NCBI GenBank assembly: GCA_002245135.1
Contig: NGBS01000900.1
Span: forward strand, 1 to 64,000
Reading direction: 5' to 3'
From: Proteromonas lacertae
Taxonomy: Eukaryota
DNA length: 64,000 bases
Shown here: positions 37,408-50,884 of the stretch, in pieces
How positions within the stretch are numbered: the first letter of the stretch is position 1
How the letters are laid out: every line of letters starts with the position of its first letter
Program-made: the position numbers and the translations under genes
Notes under the pieces: generated by a model
Told to the model about the DNA's origin: nothing
The model's database searches: none
The model's input: only the letters and a program-made list of their open reading frames with translations

Positions 37408-38768
37408 ATGAAGTCTATATTTATTTTTTTGTGTTGTGTAATGCTAGTATTTGCAGATACATTGACTTTATCACCAAAAGGTAAAAATAAAGTATGTTTT
37501 TCAATTCGTTTTACTTTTCATAGTCTAAAAAAGTATATTCCAAAACAAAATGGTATGGAAACGATACTACTGGTGTTATGTATGCAGAACACAGTAATGT
37601 ATGCTTGAGAAAAACTCAATCTTCTTGGCAAATAGTATTCTTTAAGAAAAATAAAAAACCATTAATTAACAATGTAACTAAAGAATTTGATTATCCAATT
37701 GGATATGAAAAATCAATCGAAATTGTCATTGAAGAAAAACCTTTCCCAGATTCAAATATTGTAGAAGATAAAGATATATGGCTAGCTCATCCAAATCGTT
37801 TAGTACCAGAAGATGGATGGTTTGATCATCATTCTCTTTTTTGGCATATATCTCTAAATCAGAAAGAATTCCCTAAAGTTTCGAAGATAATTCTTCCAGT
37901 ATATGATGCTGATACTCAATATGAATGGAAAACATCATTATGGAATATAATGATGTCAAATTATGAAAATATACCATTCATCATAGACTCAAAGGAATTA
38001 ACCCATTATTATAAATCTGATAAAGATTTATTATGTTTTGAAAAATTATATCAAGCAGGAAGAATGATGGTTCAAGCAGAAGGAGGATATATATACAACT
38101 TCGAAGAAGGAGCAAAGTTAAGAGAATTAGCAATGAGTTTCTATAATATTGAATATAACACAACAGCTCCAGAAAAACTAAACACAATAATTGTACAAGA
38201 AGAAGTTACATCCAAATTCATTAATTATGACGCACTTATTAGAATTACCAATACTTTATTAGTGTTTGAAATATATCCAATCCATTCATTCAATAATGAT
38301 TCACTTGAAACAATGATTAGAGCTTTTGTTAATGCTGATATTGTGTATATACCACATAATTTACCATATCCCGCTTTATTATTTATGACAAATAATTCAT
38401 TTGTGATTGAAGCTTTGCCTTATCTATTTCATGGAGGTAAAACAACAATTCCTACAATATTATTGAATTTAGGATATGCTGTTAATTTCAGTACTAAAAA
38501 ACCAAATGCAACTTATGTTCCACCTGCTTGTCCATTTGAGTTTGATCAGAATCCTGTTTGTGAATATGAAAGATATAACATGGATTTGTGGATTAATATG
38601 GATTATGCTGATTTTAGTTATAGACAAGCATTAGCTTATTTAGAGTTTAATAAATATCAGAAATTTGATTGGCCTATTTGTGGAGATTATCAGATTGATT
38701 GTAAATGGAATGCTACTGATTTTAGAGAGAGTGGCATTATATTTGGAGAACCATTGACTGATGACTAA
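37408..38768 (+). CDS. Glycosyltransferase family 61 (DUF563)-like protein, degenerate
   Basis: Signal peptide, one GT-AG intron, LLCFEK and SLETMIRAFVNADIVYIPH....LLFM..NSFVIEALP. Confidence 0.65.
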
Positions 38769-38938
38769 GTTTGATAATTAATTAAATAAATCTTATTAAA
38801 TTTTGATGTTTATTAAAATAAAAAACATAATAATATTAATATAATCTATATTATTAAGTGATTTTTTAACCAAAATTAAATAAATATTATTTCGTTTCAT
38901 ATTGAACGAATAGTTTTTTAGCCGTTTTGGGATTTAGA

Positions 38939-40594
38939 ATGGATCAAATAGGCGATGAAATAAATGAAGCATTGGTTTTAAATGAAGATCTACTTGTAGA
39001 AAAAGAAGATCATCTTGAAAATTTCTTAACTTCATACATATTTTGTAACCATCCTATCGAAACGGCTGGTGGATCATGGAGAACAAATTTAAATAGTGTA
39101 ACTCAATCAATTCTTCAATTTAGTCATTGTAGCATTAAAACAAGTCCTAATATGAAGGGATATTATTGTAAACAGTGTTGTGTATAACATTAGTAGTTAT
39201 TGTAATTGCTATAGAAAGCTCCAGATACCGTTATATGTCATGAATGTTTCAGGGAAGATGATCATAAAAACCATTCTTTTGTTCTAGTTCCTTTTACAAA
39301 TCCAGTTCAATGTAGTTGCGGTACTAGTGATAAATATGTGCCACCCATGTGGTGTGGTCGTCATAGATTGTATAATTGGTTAATTATCTCATTTATAGGG
39401 ATAAATGTACAGTGTTCGCAAAGACAGAGCAAAGATATGGTAATTTGATCAGATTAATAATGCAAATGTTTAAAGACTATATAGCTGAAATAAAAGATAC
39501 ATATACAATTGAACCACCTCCACCACCTGAAGAAGAAGATGATGATGATGATAATGATGAAGAAAATAATGAAGAAAATGATGATGATGATAACAATGAA
39601 GAAAAAGAAGAAAAGAAAAAGAAAAAAGAAAAAGAACCAAAAATAATAAGAATAGGTGAAAGTGTAGATGAATCACAATTAGTAAAACCAAGTTACTTTG
39701 ATGAGAATAACAGTATTTTTATCTTTTTTTTATGTATAGAGTATTATATATATTTTCAATGCTCAGAATTATATGAATTTGATGTATATTATGATATATG
39801 TAACAAATGGAAATGTGTCGATTATAAACAAACTACTTCAATATTGCAAGGGTTGTATAACAATAAATGGAATTGTCTAGGAGTATATATATAAGCTATA
39901 TAAATTATTTATATAATTATGAATAGTGTTTTAGCTGTAATGATGCTATGAAATTATATGAAATAAACAAAGAATATAAACTGCAAATATCATATTTCAC
40001 AGAGAAACAAAATACAACATTAAAGGTATTATTAAAGACATTTGATTGGTTAACTGGAATGATGAATATTGGTTATAAATTTTGTGATCAAATTATTAAT
40101 GAAGTATATATATATATATGTTGATATTATTTATTTTATAAGTTGATTAAAGTTGATGTAGCTATAAATCCAAATGATATAAGTATAATAGATTTATATG
40201 TTGATAATTATTACTACTTTCCACCTCAATTTACAGTATCGATGAGATATATATTAACTCAATCTTTAAGAGATGATATATTTCTTGAGAAAATAATTAC
40301 ACTTTTAAATTCAAATTATACCAAAATGTATAGTGAAGTGTTGGATAGGTTAGTTCCAGTTGATTATACACTATTACCTGTTCTTGATAATGTATTGTTT
40401 TTATTATTATTTAATTCTATAGTGTTATCCTATATCAAGAATTGTTAGAAATATATTTAAAGACAGTAACATTCTCTTCACATTAATATCATCAATTCCA
40501 TTACTAGTAAAGATTCAAGAATATCCAAATCAATCATTAAGATTTATAAGTATTGCCAGGAACAAATTGTTGAAACAAATTATCAAGTATTACC

Positions 40595-40625
<31 letters not shown>

Positions 40626-43597
40626 TCATAGTCATATTTTGTTATTTTTGAACCCAATTTATTCTACTGTTTTATTGAACAAAGTTGGATTTATGGATAA
40701 TATCTTGAATGTGTTAGAAACATTTACAAATATGGAGAAATTACAGTTTGGTGTTGATTATTGTAAGTTTTCTCCAATTTATAATATCTCTCAAGTTCCA
40801 TTTAATATAATCCTACAGTCGCAATTATCAAGAATAATTAAACCATTAGCATTATTACTATATGATCCTGATTCTCCATCAATTTCAATCAAAATGCTTT
40901 CACAAATAAAAAATAGATATTTAGATTCATGTGCTGATATAAAATCTGATGTATAACTATAAATATATTATCATATAACTTGCATAGTCATTTGAGGATT
41001 ATCTATTGACAACTCCATCAAATGCTGGTAGTTCTCCTGTTTTTAACATTCTCTGTTCATTATACTCAGCTATATTCTATCTAAATATTAATCAAAACAA
41101 CGATATTGAAGATTTATTCTCAACTTACACAAATGTTCAATTATTCAAGTTATTAGATTATCCAATAAGAAGTCTGATTATATTTAGTTATTTAGTTTCT
41201 ATATCACAATACAATACTAAAACTTATTTTGGGTATTTAGCTAAAGAATATAGTGAATCAGGTCAATACTATTTCAATGTGTTATTATGTCAAATTATCT
41301 TAGCAAGATTTGATTCAATTCAAAGTTCTGATTTCTTATTAGATCTATTTAATATCAATCAAAAAGTGGATGATAAGTTCGTATTCAATACTGAAGCAAT
41401 AAAACAGTCATTTCCACAAGAAGATAAAAAGCCAAAAGAAGCATTGGCATTAATCAATTGGACTCAGTTCATTAATTATGTGACATCTATTATATTCACT
41501 TATTTGAGAATGTCTTATTCTACTCCATTACCTTTTACATTACATGACTCCGTTATTAACATGATTATTTCATATTCAAATATATTAAATAATGATGAAA
41601 AATCTACAGAAGGAGAATCTAGAATCATTGAGAGATGTATATATTTTTATTTATAATTTTGTTTTATATCATTTTTTTAGTAATTAATTCACTTGATTTA
41701 CAGGCGGCTAGTAATAGAGACTTAACAAGATCAGTAGTTGAAATATAACTCAGTTTCTGCAGGTAGTAGTGAATCAATATCTTCAATTCCATATAATCTT
41801 TTATCATTAGAAATAACACCATATCAGCATTTCGTTATACAAAGCAAAATAAAGAGTAAATCTGTTCCAATTCCAATAATGCCAACTTTACCATTTTATT
41901 TCCCAATTCAAGAATTATTAGCCAGTGTTCCATTTTTAACAACAATATATTCGTTATTCAATAACTTTGTTGAAACAGCTTATGCATTTAATAATTTCAA
42001 GACTGTGTTATGCTATTTCATATATTATTCCTCAATGAATAATTCAAAATTGGATGTATTTATTGATGGATTGACAAAACCGTATAAACCTGATACAATT
42101 CCAATGATATGCAAAATTAATGATGATAAATCTATTGAATTGAAAAATGTTATTAATACAACAATGGCTGAATTATTCAACTCGAATCCTGAGTTTAGAA
42201 AAATCATAAATCAATACTTGAAAGATAAGAAAGAAGTAGCAGCATATAAAAAGATGAAAGCTAATAATTTTGTTCCTGATAAATCTAAGATTTGTGCTTA
42301 TTGTAATTACTCGTTAGTCGAATTATACTGTATTAACTGTGAAGCTCAATTCTGTTCAGATTGTGCTGATACATTACACAATAAACCAAGATTTATGTCT
42401 CATTTTCTAAGTCCATTAGTAATATGTTGTTCTTGTTTTAAAAGAAAAGAAAGTGTATTTGCTGTATATCACTGTGAGAATTGTAATTTGGACTATTGTT
42501 CTGAATGTTGTACTAGTTTTCATAGTGATCCTGTCAATCAAAGTCATGTGATTTTACCTGTATTTACTCCAAAGAAACAAGTCGTATATATATATAATAA
42601 TAATTTAATCACATTTATTATAGAATACAGCTGAAGAAGAAAAACGAATGGAGTCTTTATCTTTGGGTTTATTGAATTCAAGAACATTCAGAATTATTCA
42701 ATATTTAGGTGAAGGTATATTTGGTAAGACATTCTTGGTGTATTGTACTTTAAAGCAATTAAAATCTTTTAGCAAAAAGTATGTGTTGAAGATTGTAGAT
42801 AGTTCAGACACATCAAATTATGTAGATCAAATGAATGAGTTAGATATTTATAGTATCTTACCTCAATCTCCTTATTTTGCCAATTTGATAGTAAAGTTTA
42901 GAGATAGTGTTGGTGGATCTGAATTTCAATCATATTTTCCAGAAAATGCTTGGAATTTATCAACAGTATTTGCATTATATAACTATTATCCACATGTATA
43001 ATACTAATTCTTTTTTCTTTTTATTTTATATAATAGACATTAAGTACATATTTATCTGGTTATACATTCCCATTAAGTTTAAAACTATCAATCGATATAC
43101 TATGCCAAATTGCTGATGGATTATTAACATTTTATTATAACCAAATAGTTCATCGAGATTTGAGATTAGAAAATATAATGGTAACTGAAGAGAATAATAT
43201 GGTTTTAAGTCATTTTGTATATTCTGCAAGATTAAATGATAATCACTTATATCGAGAAAAAATATGTAAAGGTGATGTATTATTCCGAGCTCCTGAGATA
43301 ATAGAAGCAATTCCAATAGGTCAACCATCTGAATATAAAACTGTAAATTATGAAAAACAACCAAGTTGGGAATTAGGAATAGTTGCTCATTATTTGTGTT
43401 TTAAGAAACATCCATATATGAATTATCCAGTAGGTTCAATGGAATATAAGAAAGAATCGTTTGATAGTTCTAATTATCCTGAAGAATTTGTAAATTTGAT
43501 AGAACAGTTGGTGTTAATTGATCCTTCAAAAAGACTTAGTCTAGAAAAAGCTGTAGAAAAGTTGCAAGATTTGAAAAGAAATAAAGATTATCATTAA
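38939..43597 (+). CDS. Multidomain protein: UBR-box zinc finger, helical region, two B-boxes and a C-terminal (pseudo)kinase
   Basis: UBR box YYCKQC...ICHECF...HKNH....CSCG....CGRH; B-boxes at about 42290-42550; kinase LGEGIFG, VLK, HRDLRLEN, RAPE, KQPSWELG. About ten GT-AG introns; one frameshift near 41740. Confidence 0.65.
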
Positions 43598-43708
43598 TAT
43601 AGATATATATTGATTTAATATATTGATTCTGTTTGTATTGATGAAAATGAAAAATTTATTCGTTTTATTATACAAATAAAGCTTGTATCTTTTCAAGAAC
43701 ATTCCATA

Positions 43709-46700
43709 ATGTCAACTACAACTGATGCTCAAAGACTAGAAGAAAATGCTGAATTGATGAATAAATACTCTAGACAGATAGGAACTTATGGAGTTGAGAC
43801 AATGGCCAAAGTATGGTTTTTACATCAACTCTGTTTATTTGAATAGTTACAAAAAATGAATGTGTTAGTAATTGGAATGAAAGGTTTGGGAGTTGAAATA
43901 GCCAAGAATGTGATTTTAGCAGGTCCAGGAAGTGTAACTCTTTATGACAGTATATTTCTAATGATTTATTGACATTAAAATAGATGAAAAAGCAACAGCT
44001 AGAGATATGGGTTCAAATTTCTTCATATCTGAAAAAGACATAGGAAAGCCAAGAGCGGCAATATGTCAACCAAAAGTATGAATATAAATAATAATAAAAT
44101 ATTAAAATATTAAAATATAGTTACAAGAGTTGAATTCTGGTGTTTCAGTCTCAGTTATTACAGAATTGAATGAAACAATCGTAGGTAAACAAACTGTAGT
44201 TGTGTTTACTGAAGGTAAACAATCAGAATTATTAAAATGGAACAAATTTTGTCGAAATCACAAACCTACAATTGGATTTATCAGTGGTGAGATATATGGT
44301 CCAAGTGGAAATGTATTCGTTGATTTTGGAGATAACTTTACCATTAGTGATAAAACAGGAGAAACCCCGATAGTAAAGGTAATTACCAACATCCACACTA
44401 ACAAAGATGGTTATATTTCATTATTAGCTCCACCAGATGGTACACCTCATGGTATTCCTGATGATGATCACAACGGATGGGTTGAAATTAGTGGTGTTGA
44501 AGGATGTTTAAGTAAAACTGAAGAAATGAAGAAACTTCATGGTGATAGTATTAATAGACTGTGGAGAGTTCATCATGCATCTAAGAGAGTATTTAGAAAT
44601 GAGAAAGTAGTAGAAGTATTTGATGCCTTTACTTTAAAAGCTGGAGATCTTACTGGTTTTACTGAGTATATTTTAAAAATATTTATATGTTTGTATAGTT
44701 ATCAAAGTGGAGGTATTATTACTCAAAAGGTGCAACCAATCACTGAACATTTCAAATCATTAGAAGAGATGTTATACAAACCAGGTGAAATTCCATTTAC
44801 TGATGGTTTAAAATGGGATAGAAATCCATTATTACATTTAACCTATTTAGCAATTGATAAATTCTATGATGAAAAGAACAAATTACCTACTGAAGCTGAT
44901 GTTAAAGCTGTAATTGAATTTGCAAAAGCTATCTTGAAGAAATTACCAGCAGATTTCTGTGAAGTAAAAGAAGATATTATCACACAATTAGTTAAATATT
45001 GTTCATTCACAATTCAGCCAGTCGCAGCTGCATTTGGAGGTATTATTGCACAAGAAATTGTCAAATTTACTGGTAAATATACACCAATTAATCAGTGGTT
45101 ATATATAGATTGGTTAGAAATATTACCAGATAAAGTGCCAACAGATACAAAGTTATTAAATTCAAGATATGATGATATGATAGGAATATATGGTAAAGAA
45201 TTCCATCAGAAATTAGAGAATGTAAAAACATTTATGATTGGTTGTGGAGCTTTAGGTTGCGAATTATTAAAGAATTTCGCATTAATGGGAGTAGGTTGTG
45301 GGGATCAAGGAAGAATTACTGTTACTGATAATGATACAATAGCTGTATCTAATCTAAATAGACAGTTCTTATTTAGAGAAGACAATGTTGGTCAAAAGAA
45401 ATCAGAAGCTGCAGGAAATAGAGTAAAAACAATGAATAAAGATATTAAAGTTGAAGCATTACAAGAATTTGTAGGTGAAAGTAGTGAACATATATTCAAC
45501 GAGAAGTTTTGGAGTGATTTATCGTTTGTTATTCCTGCAGTAGATAATGTAAAAGCTAGAGCTTATATTGATAAACAATGCGTATTTTATGAAAAACCTT
45601 TAATTGATTCAGGTACATTAGGAACAAAATGTAACGTAGTGACAGTTGTACCACATTTAACTCAAAGTTATGATGATGGATCTAAAGAATCCAATGATGA
45701 AACAAACATACCAATGTGTACACTTCGTAATTTCCCAAGTTTAATTGATCATTGTATAGAATGGAGTAGATCTTTGTTTAATGATTGGTTTGTTGAACCA
45801 TGTAAAGCTGTTAATGCATTCTCTGATTCTAAGGATAGTTATTTGAAAGATGTTGAGAATATGTGTATTAATGAGACTAATGCTGCTAATAAAGCTAATA
45901 ATATTCAGAAATATTTGGATTTATTGAAAGATGTTAAACAAAATATTGAATTCTATCAAGAAAGAACGTATAATTATCATTTTGTTTCATAATAATTGAA
46001 TAGATTTGAAAATTGTGTGAAATTAGCTTATAATCGTTTTCATTTATTATACCGTGATAGAATTGAAAGTTTAATTCACCAATTCCCAAAGGATTACACA
46101 ACAGAAACAGGTGAAAAGTTCTGGAGTGGTAGTAAAAGATTCCCTCAAGTTGCTAAGTTTGATATGAATAATTCAGATCATATGGGATTTGTTATATCAG
46201 TTGCTAATTTATACGCTGTATCATTTGGATTAGTAGAACCACCACCACATTTTGTAGCTCCTGATGATAAATGGAGAGATGTGAATTATATTAAATCAAT
46301 ATTATCAAAATTAACTCCACCACCAATTCAAGAAGTTCAAAATACTAATATTAATAGTAATAACAATGAAGAAGATGAAACAATAGATACATCTAAAGAA
46401 GAGAAAGAGTTAACTGAATTAATTGAATATTTAAAGAAAATAGATTCTTCTAAATTACATATGGAACCTGCTGATTTTGAAAAAGATGAAGATTTGAATT
46501 TCCATATTGATTTTATTACTTTTGCTAGTAATTTAAGAGCATGGAATTACCATATTGCAGCAGCTCCAAGACATAAGTGTAAAATGATTGCTGGAAAGAT
46601 TATACCTGCAATTGCTACAGCAACTGCTACAATTACTGGATTTGTATGTTTAGAATTGTTGAAAGTTTTACAGAATAAACCATTATCATCTTATCGTAGT

Positions 46701-47156
46701 AGTTATAATAATTTGGGATTGAATCAATATTTATTTGAAGAACCATCTGAACCAGAAAAAGCTAAAGATAAATACGATCCAATTATGTTGACTGAGGTTA
46801 AAGCTATTCCTGCTGGTTTTACTAAGTGGGATAAGATATTGATTAAAGGACCATTGACATTGAAACAATTTTTAGAGACATTTAAGGAAAAGACTGGAGT
46901 GACTATTACTGAATTGTATCATAAAGTAGGTGAAGAGTTAGGAGGTAGATTTTTATATCAAGAATCACCTTATAAACCTGAAATTAAGAAGTATTATGAT
47001 GAACATATGAATCAACCATTTGAAAAATATATTGAAGAGAGATATAAAGAAAAGAATATTACAGAAGGTACAAGCATGGTTCAATTAGAAGTGAGTTGCA
47101 CAAATGCTGATGGAGATGACTGCTATACACCTGCTTTGATATACAAATGGAAGTAA
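43709..47156 (+). CDS. UBA1: Ubiquitin-activating enzyme E1
   Basis: [27 protein letters not shown], catalytic [29 protein letters not shown]; five short introns. Confidence 0.93.
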
Positions 47157-47264
47157 ATGTCATTAGAAAGTCTAAAATCTCTTTATTCTTCCTTTGTTGT
47201 TTGTGAAATTTGAAATAAAAATTGAAAATAAGCTTGATCATTTGCAAACTTTTGTCGTTATTGA

Positions 47265-50200
47265 ATGGACCAAGATCATAAAGCGTTGTGGAATGATATT
47301 AGAAAGCGTAGAGAGAAGTGGAGAACATTTATAGCAGAGAATTTTCGAAATAGTATGAATGATGATCCAATGTATGTTTATATTTAATATTATTCCAATA
47401 GAAATGAAACTAGAAGAAGTAGTATGGCTATTTAATTAATATAATTAGAAATTGTTGTTCCGTATGAACCTACATTCCCATTAACGCAGTTAGATCAAGA
47501 ATCTGCTTATAATACAAATGTATTTATTTAAAGTAATGATGGTTTAGATTTATGATTCACCTTTTGGAGAAAAAGAATACAAAAATGAAGCAAATGTGGA
47601 ACAAGCCATCGTTCCAATTAGAATACCTAAAGATGACTTTATTGATATGCCTCCATTTAGTCCATTGAGTTGTAGACAGCCATTATCAGCTAGATCCATC
47701 GGAACTCCATTTGCAACCACAAAAGAGTATCATGTAATAACACCATCGTTTGAAATATTAAATTCTGCATTAATGCTTGAAAGAAACAAGCCTGAAACTG
47801 AAGAGAAAAAAGAAAATCAAGATAATCTAATGCCTGAACAATCAGTAGATGATGTACCATTTGAAGCAAATGCATTAGCACCAGGAGAAGAAGTTGAACA
47901 AACACCAGAAATGATATATGATGCATTATTTGAAAGTATCATTTATTCAACAAATGTATAGTTTATTTATATGTTAATGTATGTATATAGAAAGAATTAC
48001 CATATACTCCATCCTATGTTCGTCCTATTTATCATGATGGTCATTCCACCTTAGATAAGAAATTTATGGATACAGTAACACCATGGTTTAAACCAAAACA
48101 TTTTGGACATATTTATAAAGACAGTCCAGTAGAAGATAAAATCAATGGCATTATAAACCAATGGCATAAAGAAATACAGTGTATTAGAATGAGAAATTTG
48201 AAAGTTGTTCCTGAAAGATGTTTGTTAAGAGTAATGAGAAATTATGCAAATTTAGAATCTTTAAAATACTTGGAAATATCTAATATGAAGTTGCCTTATG
48301 GTGTTTATAGATCTTTAGTATTACAATTACCTGCCTTGAGAATACAAACATTGAATTTAACAAGAATAAAACTAGAGCATAAAGAAATATTATCCATTGT
48401 ACAAGCAATTGAAGATAATAACTTTATAAAACGACTAGATTTGAGTTATACAAGCTTTGGTAGATCTGGTACTGAAGAATTAGCGTTGATGATATGTAAG
48501 AATAAATCAATAAAGCACCTTAATATATCAGCTTGTAAATTAAGTCCAAAATCAATAGCATATATATATGAAAGTTTATATAAAAATAACACTCTAATGT
48601 CATTAAATACTTCGCATATACAATTTGATTTTGAATGTATACAGAATTTAGCTCATGTATTATTATTATTATTATTATTAATTAGTCGTTATTATTGAAT
48701 AAAACACTTACTGATATTGATCTATCTGATTGTTGTATTACTCCAGCAGGATGTTATTTATTGTGTTATTCTATTATGAAATCTGTATATAAACAATATT
48801 ATTATTATTATTATTATTATTTAGAAATCATTAAAGTTAGTGTTGTTAGAAAAGAATCCAATAGGTATTCAAGGTGGAAGAGAAGTAGTTAATTTATTAT
48901 CAAAAGTGGGAAATGAAGTGGAAGTATCAATAGCTCAGTGTAATTTAAATGAACCTCCAATTCAAGGATTATTTGATAGAACAGCTGCTCCTGGTGTGTA
49001 TGATTTAGATTTAAAGAATGCAGTTGGTTATGTTACAGCTGAATATATGTTAGATTGTATATTTATTATTATTGTTATATTTGTACAGTCTTTAATACAA
49101 GAGGTAAGATTTCATTTGGTTATTGTTATATTAAATATAATGATAATATCAAACAATTGAATTTGGAACAAAGATTAAGATATGATGAAAAATCAAAGTA
49201 TTCATATGTTGTGGTTATTGATAAAGCTTCGGAATTCACTATACCAAAAGATGGTATTTTACATTTACAAATATCTTATCAACCATTACCATTAAAACCC
49301 ATTGAAAGAGTTGAAACAATTAAACCATTTATATATTATTCTGATGTATATATATATATATATATATATATTTATCAATATTTCTTATAGCCATCAAAAC
49401 CATTGGAATTGATACAGTTAGCTAGTGATATATGTTATTATACTTCTGATCAAATATATTCAGCTTTACCACTTGTTTCATTACAAAACCGAGTAGAATT
49501 CTTAGTGAAGTATATAACAATATATATATATATATATATATATTATTGTAGTGTATTACCTCGTTTGATAGATTATGATAATCATTTTGCAATTATTGAA
49601 CAAGCAATAGAAATAGATCAAATAATCAGATTAAAAAATCAATTGAATGAATTCTATTGGTTCTCTCCATCACATCCAACAGGTCGTTATGAAATAGATT
49701 TATGTAGTAAAACTGACAAAATTTTACTAACTCAATTAGTAATGAAGAATAATGAAGAAGCACAAATAAGAAATGAAAATAAACTATTTGATTTAAGTCA
49801 GCATTCCAATATGTCATGTTTTAGAAATGAAAAGATTCACAAAGGTAGTTTATTTGTATTAGATGAAGACTTTTATAATGGTATAAATGATCATACAGGA
49901 ATTATATCATTTGATTTCATTTCTACTTCAAGACCATATCCATTAGATAAGATAATAAGTTGGGAAGAAGTTCAAGGTTTAGCAAACAAATTAGGAGTAA
50001 TAACAAATGAATTGATTGAAAAGAAAAAAATTGAATTAACAATTGATGATGAAGATGTTTTTACTGAGTATATATATTCATATTAATTATGTTATATAGA
50101 GCTTTAAAAGGTTTTAAATGGTTATTAAGAGATTGTGTAATAACTACAAATACATTAGTAAATATAATGAATTCTTATGTTCCTAATTTGTTTCTCCATT

Positions 50201-50699
50201 TGAAGTTAGATATTTTAACATTCTTTTTTCCTAATATTATTGATTTAGAGAATTTTATGGAAGTATAATTATTTATATTGTATTATTAATATAGAGATGT
50301 GTAAGACATAATTTGACTGAAACATTAATAACAAAAATCATCGATGTTATTGGTATTTTGAATATTGTTAATCCAGTGAATATGTATGGTGAATTTGAAG
50401 TGAATTTAGAGTATAGTGATGGTAATTATTTTGCTATGTTCATACAGAAACTAATGACCGAAGAGAATAAACTGAATAAGACTAAATGTGTTAGTGAAAC
50501 TACATATGATGTATCAGGGGATGGTCAATTCAGTGAAGATTATAATTTGGGAATTACATTTGATGAAAAATATGAAATTCCAACAGAAGGTGTTTTAAGA
50601 TTTACTTATAATGCTGATCGTATTGATTTAGGACTTAGAAATGAAAGTAGAACATTCTTTTTGATAGGAAGTTTTTTGAATAGAACATATTTTATGTAA
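47265..50699 (+). CDS. Leucine-rich-repeat (RNI-like) protein
   Basis: IKRLDLSYTSFG, IKHLNISACKL, LTDIDLSDCCI; downstream PGVYDLDL / PTGRYEIDL / GEFEVNL units; about eleven GT-AG introns. Confidence 0.7.
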
Positions 50700-50884
50700 A
50701 ATATATACCTTAGTTTTAAATGATTTTTATTCCTACAAAGTTTAATATTTTCATCATTTTAATCTTATTCTGGTGATTTACAACCAAAATTTATTATTTT
50801 TAATTCTATTCTTAATCTTTTACATATAAAGCAACAATAAATGCTTCAATATAATAGATATAATAATTGTTTTTCTTATTTTGT

